Source: a virus. From it: a DNA stretch of 64,000 bases. The stretch's first letter is position 1; every line of letters begins with the position of its first letter. The DNA lies in IMG/VR virus record IMGVR_UViG_3300025288_000012, positions 64,001 to 128,000 of that record; one strand, given 5' to 3'. A program made the translations under genes and the position numbers. Of the stretch, positions 36,767 through 45,352 are shown piece after piece. The notes beneath the pieces were generated by a model that was not told the DNA's origin, searched no databases, and was given only the letters and a program-made list of their open reading frames with translations.

Positions 36767-36841
36767 CAAAATAAATTTGCATGGTCGAAAAAAATCGTGT
36801 ACAATGGAGTTGAGGGATTGTATCTCTCGAGTTACGGGTTG
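36767..36841 (+). promoter_or_regulatory. sigma70-type promoter B with the same conserved leader
   Basis: AAAATAAATTTGCAT, TTGCAT(36777)-17 bp-TACAAT(36800); leader TTGAGGGATTGTATCTCTCGAGTTACGGGTTG. Confidence 0.8.
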
Positions 36842-36883
36842 CAAAAGTCCATCGTAGTTCAATTTACCCCAAGGAGTTTCACC

Positions 36884-37372
36884 ATGAAAACCAAGTTCGC
36901 CCTTACCTTCAAAACCAAGTTCACCGCTACCTTCACCGTTACCTCCGACGCCGCTCTGACCGCAGCCGACAAGCGCGCATTCAAACAGTCTCTGACTGAG
37001 AAGTTGGACAAAGTCAAAGTTCGCGGCTTCGATGTACTTCCGGGTGTGGTTCGCCTGGTCGTTCCTGAAGAAGCGGCTCCGGCACGCGCAACCCGCACTC
37101 CTCGTGCTGCACGAGTTCTGGAAGAAGCAGCTCCAGCTCGAAAGGTTCGAGGTGCGAAGGCCGCAGCTGCAGTCGCCCCGACACGTAAGGCCCGCGTAGC
37201 GAAGGAAGAAGTCGCAGCTCACACCCGCAAGGTTCGCGGTGCGAAGGCTGAAGTCGAAGTCGCCCCGGCACGTAAGCCCAAGCTGAAAGCCAAAGCTGTT
37301 GCGGCCAAGCCGAAAGCTCGCAGCGTACGCCCCGCCGTTGAAGACGACGATACCGATTTTGACGACGAGTAA
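36884..37372 (+). CDS. histone H1/AlgP-like basic Ala/Lys/Arg-rich protein
   Basis: AAGGAG RBS; PARKVRGAKA repeats; short acidic tip. Confidence 0.75.
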   Translation: MKTKFALTFKTKFTATFTVTSDAALTAADKRAFKQSLTEKLDKVKVRGFDVLPGVVRLVVPEEAAPARATRTPRAARVLEEAAPARKVRGAKAAAAVAPTRKARVAKEEVAAHTRKVRGAKAEVEVAPARKPKLKAKAVAAKPKARSVRPAVEDDDTDFDDE

Positions 37373-37385
37373 CCCAAACGGGTTT

Positions 37386-37410
37386 GGGAGCTTCGGCTCC
37401 CGCCCTTTTT
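37386..37410 (+). terminator. intrinsic terminator
   Basis: GGGAGC-TTCG-GCTCCC..TTTTT. Confidence 0.8.
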
Positions 37411-37434
37411 GACCGAACCTTCACGAGGTTTAGT

Positions 37435-37683
37435 ATGGTAAAGAAAACCACCCCGCCTGAACCCGAAGCTATTCCCGAATTCGTAGTTAAGCTCTCAGGT
37501 TCTAGTCAAATCCGTGTCGCTTTAACTGAATTCAAAGGAGTAGAGTACGTAGACATCCGCAAGTACTACGAAGCAAATGGTGAATGGAAACCAACCCCTA
37601 AAGGCGTTTCTATCCCACTTACAGATTTCAACAAGGTGTATTCCAAACTTCGTCGCATGAAAGCACTTATTGCCGAAGGTTGA
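37435..37683 (+). CDS. PC4/YdbC-family ssDNA-binding / transcription coactivator-like protein
   Basis: IRVALTEFKGVEYVDIRKYY..WKPTPKGVSI. Confidence 0.88.
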   Translation: MVKKTTPPEPEAIPEFVVKLSGSSQIRVALTEFKGVEYVDIRKYYEANGEWKPTPKGVSIPLTDFNKVYSKLRRMKALIAEG

Positions 37684-37746
37684 TTTACTGTAAATGTTAT
37701 ACGAGGTTTGACAAACCTACATTCTTTATTAACACTAAGGAGTTTT

Positions 37747-38769
37747 ATGATGGCCGCAGAAGACAATGATACTGGCGTAGTAGGAATCAAGGACGCCCAG
37801 AAGCAACAGCAAGATGCCCTTACAAGCAATGACCGAAACGACACGCCACAACCTATCAAGGTGGCACCCGTCGAGAAGAAACTCCAAGTCGACAACCTGT
37901 TTGACAACACCTTCAGCACCTGCGGTGTGAACGTTATCTTCACTCTCGGTCTAGCCTCCCCGCAGTTCCGTGACGGCTCGACCAAGTCCCTGTCCAAGTG
38001 GACGGTTGGAAGTACCGAGTACAACCTGTACAACCCGTTCCGTAAAGGCAAGCAGACTGAACAGGATGTGCCGTCCGGCATCCTGCGCCATGCTCTTTCG
38101 ACCTGTCTGAAGGCAGTTAGCCTTATCAACAACAGCTCGATCCTTTTCCTGGGCAAACCCAAGGACGTGTACTCGGCACTCAACACTGCGGTGAGTCGTG
38201 TTGCTGAGGTTTGCACCTCCAGTTTGGGCATCAGTCCGAACTTGGTTCTGGGAGCCTTCGCAGAAGAGGACGGTTCAGTTGATGAAAGCACTCAACTTCA
38301 GTTCTCTGACGTTGTTCGAGTAACCTCGTGGTTGTCTATGGACTGGCGTGACGAAATGGCAGGCGAAACACCCGTCATGACTCACGAGGCCATGGTCAAC
38401 TTCTACGTCAACGTAGGTGCACTGTACGACAGTCAGGACAAGCTGAAGATGCTCCGCCAGTTCGAAGCCACCCTGCGGCTCTCCGCTGAAAAACAGTGTG
38501 GACCGAACACGTCCATCTTGTTCGCTGTCAACCTCAGCACAGATGATCTTATCGACGCTGAGATTCGTGACTTGCTGGGTGTTCTCCTCGAGGAAGAAGG
38601 CGAAGGCTTTGAGCTCTTCACCAAACAGAACATGCTTGACAATTTCAGTCAGTTTGACTTCATGCCAAAATCGAAGAAAGGAGTTACCGAAGACCTTTTG
38701 AATCCACGTGCCCCCGCGGGTGACATTCTGTTGGTGAAAGTGCTGAATCCCATCCCGGTTACGGCATAA
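37747..38769 (+). CDS. hypothetical protein
   Basis: TAAGGAG RBS; ~340 aa. Confidence 0.75.
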   Translation: MMAAEDNDTGVVGIKDAQKQQQDALTSNDRNDTPQPIKVAPVEKKLQVDNLFDNTFSTCGVNVIFTLGLASPQFRDGSTKSLSKWTVGSTEYNLYNPFRKGKQTEQDVPSGILRHALSTCLKAVSLINNSSILFLGKPKDVYSALNTAVSRVAEVCTSSLGISPNLVLGAFAEEDGSVDESTQLQFSDVVRVTSWLSMDWRDEMAGETPVMTHEAMVNFYVNVGALYDSQDKLKMLRQFEATLRLSAEKQCGPNTSILFAVNLSTDDLIDAEIRDLLGVLLEEEGEGFELFTKQNMLDNFSQFDFMPKSKKGVTEDLLNPRAPAGDILLVKVLNPIPVTA

Positions 38770-38833
38770 CGCTGTAACTGTAAATACCCATCGTACATCA
38801 AAGTACACAAATCCCCAAACAAGGAGTATCAAA

Positions 38834-39940
38834 ATGGCTCGTGAAACTGCAACTCGTAATCGTCGTCCCTCCGCTGCTGCCTCCGCCAAGCCCGCCCGCC
38901 AAGCCCGTGGTGCAAGGGCCGAAGTCGCCAAGCCCGCCCGCCAGGCACGTGGTGCAAGGGCCGAAGTCGCCAAGCCCGCCCGCCAGGCACGTGGTGCAAA
39001 GGCCGTTCCGGAACGTCAATCTCGTCGGGCTGCTGCTGCCAAACCTGCTCGCGCCGCACGTGGTGCAAAGGCCGAAGTCGCCAAACCTGCTCGCGCCGCA
39101 CGTGGTGCAAAGGCCGTTCCGGAACGTCAATCTCGTCGGGCTGCTGCTGCCAAACCTGCTCGCCAGGCACGTGGTGCAAAGGCCGAAGTTGCCAAACCTG
39201 CTCGCGCCGCACGTGGTGCAAAGAAACAAGTTTCGATGCCTACGTGTAACGTGTTCGCAATGACCACGGTGCAACTCAAAGGTGTTCTGGTCGAGCTCAA
39301 CGAAAGAAACCTCGTGTTGCAGCACAAAGCTCACGAACGTGGATCCAAGATGGTCGTCAGTACCTTTTCCCTGAAGGACGTCCTCAGCATGCGCGGCGGT
39401 CAAGGTGAAACCGTTACGGCGACCGTTCGTCGTATGACCAGTATCGAGTCCGTCACTGGTACCATGGACGAAATGGAATCAGTCGGAGTTGACCTGCTCC
39501 GCTTCACCACAGAAAGCGGTGAAGAGGTGTACGTGAACCAGAACTTCTCGGATAGTGCCAACGTGGACATCCAGATCTTCTCCGAAGACGCTGCCCCGGT
39601 AAAGGGCGGTAAGGCCAAACCTGCCGTCGAGGACGAGGACTCTGACGAAGAGGAAGAGGAAGAGGACGACGAAGAGGAAGAGGAAGAGGAAGAGGAAGAG
39701 GAAGAGGAAGAGGAAGAGGAAGAGGAAGAGGAAGAGGAAGAGGAAGAGGACGACGAGGACTCTGACGAAGAGGAAGAAGAGGACGACGAGGACTCTGACG
39801 ACGAGGAAGAAGAGGACGAGGACGACGAGGAAGAAGAGGACGAGGACTCTGAAGAGTACTCTGACGACGAGGAAGAAGAGGACGAGGAAGAGGAAGAGGA
39901 AGACGACGACGACGACTTCGACGAAGAAGACGAAGACTAA
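38834..39940 (+). CDS. bipolar protein: basic KPAR repeats, central domain, ~100-aa poly-D/E tail
   Basis: AAGGAG RBS; composition visible in the translation. Confidence 0.8.
   Translation: MARETATRNRRPSAAASAKPARQARGARAEVAKPARQARGARAEVAKPARQARGAKAVPERQSRRAAAAKPARAARGAKAEVAKPARAARGAKAVPERQSRRAAAAKPARQARGAKAEVAKPARAARGAKKQVSMPTCNVFAMTTVQLKGVLVELNERNLVLQHKAHERGSKMVVSTFSLKDVLSMRGGQGETVTATVRRMTSIESVTGTMDEMESVGVDLLRFTTESGEEVYVNQNFSDSANVDIQIFSEDAAPVKGGKAKPAVEDEDSDEEEEEEDDEEEEEEEEEEEEEEEEEEEEEEEEEEDDEDSDEEEEEDDEDSDDEEEEDEDDEEEEDEDSEEYSDDEEEEDEEEEEEDDDDDFDEEDED
38880..39222 (+). repeat. mosaic tandem repeats encoding AKPARQARGA(K/R)AEV and AKAVPERQSRRAAA
   Basis: cgtggtgcaa(a/g)ggcc core repeated about 7 times. 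Confidence 0.9.
39671..39748 (+). repeat. (GAAGAG)13 microsatellite encoding 26 Glu
   Basis: Perfect hexamer run. Confidence 0.95.
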
Positions 39941-39958
39941 CTCGTAGCTTCAACCTAA

Positions 39959-39991
39959 AAAAATGGGTGGGTTTAATGCCCACCCATTTTT
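39959..39991 (+). terminator. perfect 13-bp inverted repeat / terminator
   Basis: AAAAATGGGTGGG-TTTAATG-CCCACCCATTTTT. Confidence 0.75.
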
Positions 39992-40010
39992 CATTCAAAA
40001 GGAATGTCTC

Positions 40011-40334
40011 ATGGCGAACAAACAAGTAGTAGCTTTGAAGAAACTGGTTCGGAAATTCGAGTCCTTAATCAAAGCAATGGACCTTCATCACCAAAAGGCT
40101 ATCACGACTCTTGAGTCGGCCTTCGATGAAGCCGAAGCAGCTATCAAGGCAGCTGATGAATCGGCAGCCAAACCCGCAGCGGCGAAGCCGCCAGCGCGTG
40201 GTGCAAAGCCAGCGCGTGGTGCCAAGAAGGCAGCAAAGGCTGATGCGAAGCCGGCACGCGGTGACAAGAAGGCAGCGCGTGGTGCAAAGTCAGCGCGTAG
40301 CGACAAGAAATCGGTTCCTGTCAAGGAAGACTAA
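40011..40334 (+). CDS. helical protein with AlgP-like KPARGAK tail
   Basis: AAAAGGA RBS; repeats KPARG. Confidence 0.7.
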   Translation: MANKQVVALKKLVRKFESLIKAMDLHHQKAITTLESAFDEAEAAIKAADESAAKPAAAKPPARGAKPARGAKKAAKADAKPARGDKKAARGAKSARSDKKSVPVKED

Positions 40335-40346
40335 GCAGTAGGGATC

Positions 40347-40383
40347 AAAAAAGGGAGACAGCTTACGTTGTACTCCCTTTTTT
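40347..40383 (+). terminator. stem-loop/terminator
   Basis: AAAAAAGGGAG...CTCCCTTTTTT. Confidence 0.6.
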
Positions 40384-40638
40384 CGTTTGGGTTTCTAGTT
40401 ATGCTCTCCTCCGAAGACCTAGTTGCACGTATTGAATGCCGGCTAACATGGTTACGTAGTGCGCACGAATCTAATGTTTCTACTAACCCTAGACATGCCT
40501 CAGAGCTAGAAGTAGGCATACTTCAACTTGAGTCTTTACTTGCGAAGTATAGTAACGAGGCTTCTAGCGCCCAAACCAAAAACGTCGTCTCAGACCTAGC
40601 CAGGCTAGGTATCTCAATCTTATCGTAACCCAACTACT

Positions 40639-43209
40639 ATGGCAACCAGATCATCTTACAACGAAGATTCAATTCAGCATCACAAGGGTCTTGAAGGCTG
40701 CCGTAAAAGGCCTGGGATGTATCTCGGTGAACGTGGTGACCACATGGTGTTCACCTTAGTCAAAGAGCTAGTTGATAACTCCTTCGATGAATTCCTTGCC
40801 AAACGCAACTCGGCAATTGAAGTCTGGGCAGACTCTGCAAGCAACACCTATATCGTGGCTGACTCCGCCGAAGGTATCCCTGTAGGTTTGCACAAGAAGG
40901 CTGGCATCAGCACGCTGACGCTGATCTTCACTGAGCTTCATGCTGGTGGTAAGTTCAACAACTCAGCATACACAGCTTCGAGTGGATGTTTCACTGGTGA
41001 CACCCGTGTATTTACCTTAGATGGAATGCACCCCAGCTTTGAGAAGCTATGGGAAAAATGGAAGCATGATCCAACTCCCTTTTATGTTTTGAGCCGTGAT
41101 GATGAAGGGAGATTGGTACCGCGAAAATGCTACCACGTACAAAAATCTAAGATCGTAAATGAGATTGCCCGGGTTCATTTGTCCTCTGGTGCTGTTATCT
41201 CGTGTACCTTAGATCACCCCTTCTATCTAAGTGACGGCTCAGTTGTTCAGGCTAAAAACTTAAGTAAGCATGAGAGTCTGGACTCTCTTCACTGGGAGTA
41301 CGACTCTGATGGGTACATAGTATCAAATAGGTTCAGACAGAATTTTGGTGTAAGAAATTTGCACCGGGTTGTAGCTAAGACTATTCTGGGTGCACAAGTC
41401 GAAGGTCTTCATGTTCATCATAAAGACGAAGTTGTGGATAACAATGTTCCTTCAAACCTGAAGCCACTATCACCACACGACCACTACAAGGAGCACCCCG
41501 AAAAACTTGGTCTAGGATGCAGCACTTCTGCTGCTACTAAGAACGCAGTTGCATTTAATGATACGGTAGACAAAGTTGTTATAGAAAGAGTGGACCCTAC
41601 ACCCGTGTACGGAATTTCAGTTGAGGATTTCCACAACTACGTATTGTTTGAGGGCCCTGTTGTAGGGAACACTCACGGTGTAGGATCGTCAGCAGTCAAT
41701 GCTGTGTGCTCGAAGTTTGAAGTGTGGACTTATCGGGATAAGGCGTGGCATCATCAGGCATTCAGTGAGGGCAAGCCACTGTTTGCAGTGAAGAAAAGTC
41801 CTCCTCCTTCATCTGTAACCTCAAAGCTCCGAACCTGCGGAAAGCTGGGCACGATCATTCGTATCCAGCCTGACCAGTCTATTGTATCCGTAAACAAAGG
41901 CAAGACAAAGGCGGTACTACCACTTAGTGCTACCGCATTGCGCTTGAAGAACTTGGCCTTCTTGAATCGCAACCTGAAGATCACCTTCACTGCAGGAAAG
42001 AAGACTGCAACCTACCTCAACAACGAAGGCATCGTAAAGGTTGTCAAGTCGCGGGTCGCTAAGCAGGAACTTGAGCCACTGGGCAAGCCTTTGGTATTTG
42101 AGAGCGACCAATTGCAGTTCGCCCTTCAATGGACATCGTACACTGAAGACGACGGAATGCAATCCTTCGTTTCGTGTAGCCCGACTCGTGACGGTGGTTC
42201 ACATCAGGATGAATTCTTTGAGGCACTAATAAAGACTCTTGCGGTGTACAAGACGTCTAGGGACAAGTACACGCCTAGGGATGTGCGTAACGGATTGATA
42301 GGGTGCCTGAACTGGAACATGAGCGGTCCTGAATTCTCCTCCCAGGTAAAGGATCGCCTTACGTCAAACCTGAACAAGGGGCTGTTCACTATTGCCTTCA
42401 AAGAGCTAACTGCCTTGTTCGCAGCTAACAAGACACTAGCAAAGCGCATCATCAAACGTGCATCTGAGGCCAAGAAGGCTAAAGAAGAGTTCAAGAAGGT
42501 CATGGACGGCATCAGTAAGGTCAATGCAGCTAAGCGCGGGATCATTCTCCCTAACATCTTGGCAACAGCACGTCGATGCAAACCTTCGGAGCGGGAACTT
42601 TTTCTGGTAGAAGGGGAAAGCGCCAGCGGCACCGCCAAACGGGCACGTAACATCAACTTCCAGGAAGTGCTCCGACTCAATGGTAAGCCTATGAACGCCA
42701 TGCGTAAGCCATTGGCTGCGTTGCTGAAGTCGAAGGCAATTGTAAATATATTGGCGGCCATCGGTTACGATCACAGGCAAGCTGAGCCGCACAAGCACCT
42801 TCGGGTTGAGCGCTTGTACTGCCTAGCCGACGCGGACCCAGATGGTGAGCACATCAACGCTCTTATCCTCACCGTCATTCACAGGTTGTTGCCTCAGCTG
42901 TTTGTCGAGGGACGCGTATTCATCTGTAACGCACCGTTGTTCAGCGCCTATTATAAGGGCCAGCGATATTTCGGTAAGACCCACCAAGAATGCCACCTCC
43001 AGATGCCAAAGGGTACTCCTAAGGATATTGTCACCCGTAGTAAAGGCTGGGGAGAATTGCCGCCGGAAGTGCTGGAGATAATTGCTTTTCACCCAGAGAC
43101 ACGAAACGTCATTAAGCTCAGTCCTCCCAAGGACAAAAAAGAGCAAGCGTTTTACGACCTCATTATGGGTTCGGACACGTCGGGGCGTAAAGCCTTGTTG
43201 GGACTTTGA
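40639..43209 (+). CDS. gyrB: type IIA topoisomerase ATPase/TOPRIM subunit (GyrB/ParE-like) with intein
   Basis: RKRPGMYLG, ELVDNSFDE, LHAGGKF, SG|THGVG, LVEGESA, ADADPDGEHI, SKGWGE. Confidence 0.93.
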   Translation: MATRSSYNEDSIQHHKGLEGCRKRPGMYLGERGDHMVFTLVKELVDNSFDEFLAKRNSAIEVWADSASNTYIVADSAEGIPVGLHKKAGISTLTLIFTELHAGGKFNNSAYTASSGCFTGDTRVFTLDGMHPSFEKLWEKWKHDPTPFYVLSRDDEGRLVPRKCYHVQKSKIVNEIARVHLSSGAVISCTLDHPFYLSDGSVVQAKNLSKHESLDSLHWEYDSDGYIVSNRFRQNFGVRNLHRVVAKTILGAQVEGLHVHHKDEVVDNNVPSNLKPLSPHDHYKEHPEKLGLGCSTSAATKNAVAFNDTVDKVVIERVDPTPVYGISVEDFHNYVLFEGPVVGNTHGVGSSAVNAVCSKFEVWTYRDKAWHHQAFSEGKPLFAVKKSPPPSSVTSKLRTCGKLGTIIRIQPDQSIVSVNKGKTKAVLPLSATALRLKNLAFLNRNLKITFTAGKKTATYLNNEGIVKVVKSRVAKQELEPLGKPLVFESDQLQFALQWTSYTEDDGMQSFVSCSPTRDGGSHQDEFFEALIKTLAVYKTSRDKYTPRDVRNGLIGCLNWNMSGPEFSSQVKDRLTSNLNKGLFTIAFKELTALFAANKTLAKRIIKRASEAKKAKEEFKKVMDGISKVNAAKRGIILPNILATARRCKPSERELFLVEGESASGTAKRARNINFQEVLRLNGKPMNAMRKPLAALLKSKAIVNILAAIGYDHRQAEPHKHLRVERLYCLADADPDGEHINALILTVIHRLLPQLFVEGRVFICNAPLFSAYYKGQRYFGKTHQECHLQMPKGTPKDIVTRSKGWGELPPEVLEIIAFHPETRNVIKLSPPKDKKEQAFYDLIMGSDTSGRKALLGL
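40987..41670 (+). mobile_element. GyrB intein (228 aa) with HNH domain
   Basis: CFTGDT, CTLDHPF, LHRVVA..HHKDEVVDNNVPSNL, VYGISVEDFHNY, ends VVGN, +1 Thr. Confidence 0.88.
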
Positions 43210-43232
43210 ACTTCTAACTTTTGGAAACGAAC

Positions 43233-44774
43233 ATGGCAACAAGAACTAAGAAGGTTGCAGGTGTAACAGTTGCGAAGTCTGATGCCTTAGGCATTACACT
43301 TCATCAGACAACTGCTCACTACACGTCAGCCGCAATGAAAAGCTACGGTACAGAAGTAGTCGAGCAACGTGCTATCCCAGATTTTAGGGACGGTTGTAAG
43401 CCCGTACAGCGCATGCTACTGTGGGCCATGTACAAGCTTGGTATACACCACACCTCCGGCTACAAGAAGGCAGCTCGTACAGTCGGTGAGGTCATAGGCA
43501 AGTACCATCCCCACGGAGATGCCAGTGCGTTTCAAGCAATGGTAGGATTAACAGGAACAAAATTCCAAGGTCAAAAGGCTGGATGGGCTACTCGCAATTG
43601 CTCTACCCCTTTGATAGAGGGCCAGGGTAACTGGGGTGACTTCATTGATGCAGCGGCCGCCATGCGCTATGTGGAATGCCGTCTATCAAAGTTCAGTTAC
43701 CTGTATTTATTGGATCCAGACTACTTGGCCGTCATGGACTACGTACCTAACTACGACGACTCCGAAAAAATCCCAGTAGTCTTGCCCGCCAAGATACCCG
43801 TGGTGCTGTTAAATGGCTTCAGCTCTATCGCAGTTGGTGTGGCCGCAGGTTCACCGCCTTTGGCCTTCGAAGGGGTTCTGAAGCTTACAAAAAAGGCGCT
43901 CACTGGCGAGCCTGTCACGTTGAAAGACTGCGTACGCAATCTGAAGTTTGACTATCCTTACGGTGGTGTTTGCCTTACTGAACCCCGTGACCTCGTTCCT
44001 GTGTTCAAAGGCAAGGGCAGTGCATCGTTCATGCCAGCTTACGATCTCGACGAAGCGAAGAAGACATTGACCTTCGTGGACGTGTGTCCAGGTTTAATGA
44101 GCTCCGGTTCAGTCAGCAATTGGCTTGAGAAGATGGTAAGTCTTAAGACAGTATCTACTGTAGATGACGATACTGGAAAGCTAGGTGCTCGTTACACTGT
44201 AGTGTTCAATCGCTCCTTGTCTGGATCAGCTCTAGATGCTGCCATTGACGAATGCCTTGATCTCTCGGTTCGATCGGACTCCTACGACATTGGTGTGACC
44301 ATAAGGGACACCGTGGGCAGAGCCTCATTCCGTCGTGCGTCCATACCCGACGTGTTCAATATGTGGGCAGAGTGGCGCATTCAGGTTGAAGTGAAAGTCC
44401 TGGACAGGCTGATTTCTATCCAGGATCAGCTGAAGGCGCGACAAGAGCTATTGTTGCTGGCTGTTGAGAACCTGGACACGATCATCAAAGCCTTGAGGGT
44501 CAAGCAAGACAAAGTAGTTCTCCTGATAGGTGGTGTTGAGAAAGAGGTTGATGCAAGTGCACACTTCCTTATGAAGGCACTTAAGATCACACTGGAGCAG
44601 GCCAACTCGATCTTGGACATGAAGGTTCGTCAGTTGAGAAGCATGGAGAAGAGCCGCATACTGGCAAAGATAAAAGAGCACAATCTCAGCATCAAGTCTT
44701 TGAAGGCCTATCTAAGGGCACCCCACACCCGTGTCATTGAAGACCTCGACAACCTTCAGAAAATTGAGTTCTAA
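43233..44774 (+). CDS. gyrA: type IIA topoisomerase breakage-reunion subunit (GyrA/ParC-like, no C-terminal pinwheel)
   Basis: RAIPDFRDGCKPVQR, GKYHPHGD, AAMRY catalytic Tyr. Confidence 0.92.
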   Translation: MATRTKKVAGVTVAKSDALGITLHQTTAHYTSAAMKSYGTEVVEQRAIPDFRDGCKPVQRMLLWAMYKLGIHHTSGYKKAARTVGEVIGKYHPHGDASAFQAMVGLTGTKFQGQKAGWATRNCSTPLIEGQGNWGDFIDAAAAMRYVECRLSKFSYLYLLDPDYLAVMDYVPNYDDSEKIPVVLPAKIPVVLLNGFSSIAVGVAAGSPPLAFEGVLKLTKKALTGEPVTLKDCVRNLKFDYPYGGVCLTEPRDLVPVFKGKGSASFMPAYDLDEAKKTLTFVDVCPGLMSSGSVSNWLEKMVSLKTVSTVDDDTGKLGARYTVVFNRSLSGSALDAAIDECLDLSVRSDSYDIGVTIRDTVGRASFRRASIPDVFNMWAEWRIQVEVKVLDRLISIQDQLKARQELLLLAVENLDTIIKALRVKQDKVVLLIGGVEKEVDASAHFLMKALKITLEQANSILDMKVRQLRSMEKSRILAKIKEHNLSIKSLKAYLRAPHTRVIEDLDNLQKIEF

Positions 44775-44785
44775 GGAGAGACGAA

Positions 44786-45175
44786 GTGAATGGAACTGCG
44801 CTAGACAGAGCTTTTGAGAACCTCGAACATGCTCTGAGGGAATTGGGTAAGGCGACATGCTCTGAGGACTTGGGTTTCGTGCATGTGGAAGACTGGTTGG
44901 ACCAGTTCAATCCTGCCAAGCAGCCGAGTGATGAGGAGGCCTACGCCAGATTCGTCCTGGAGCTCCTCCGCTTTCCTTCCTGGAAACAGATCTTGTACAA
45001 GTCCATTATTAAGTCGTTTCCTTTGTTCTGCACCTATGACGGTACCTTGTACCGCGTAACTGGTGCTTCAAGGATGGGTGATGTGTGGTTGAACTACCCT
45101 GATAAGGTGGATTCCTACGTACTTCGTGTGCCTGTTACAGGGTGTTCATCCTGGCGCAAGATTTCAAACCCGTAA
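44786..45175 (+). CDS. hypothetical protein
   Basis: AAGGAG RBS, GTG start. Confidence 0.7.
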   Translation: MNGTALDRAFENLEHALRELGKATCSEDLGFVHVEDWLDQFNPAKQPSDEEAYARFVLELLRFPSWKQILYKSIIKSFPLFCTYDGTLYRVTGASRMGDVWLNYPDKVDSYVLRVPVTGCSSWRKISNP

Positions 45176-45241
45176 ATAGGCGTCGCATATTGTTGATTTT
45201 GTTGATTGTATGAACCTCCGTTTTATGATACAATTGTATCA
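45167..45241 (+). promoter_or_regulatory. sigma70-type promoter C with a palindrome over the -10 element
   Basis: AACCCGTAA(45167); TTGTAT(45206)-17 bp-TACAAT(45229); TGATACAATTGTATCA palindrome 45226-45241. Confidence 0.65.
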
Positions 45242-45352
45242 GCGAACGAAATGCCCCATCCTTAAATGATAATTTTAAGAGTCAGTTATCCCCCTGACTC
45301 TTACCCAAATGGAACTTCGGTTCCATCAAACCAGCACTTACTTGCCAGGTAG

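Noticed and set aside
38275-40324. Several overlapping alternative-frame and minus-strand ORFs over the repeat-rich genes
   Set aside because: Shadows of tandem repeats with no RBS or motifs. The + strand genes have strong AAGGAG RBSs.
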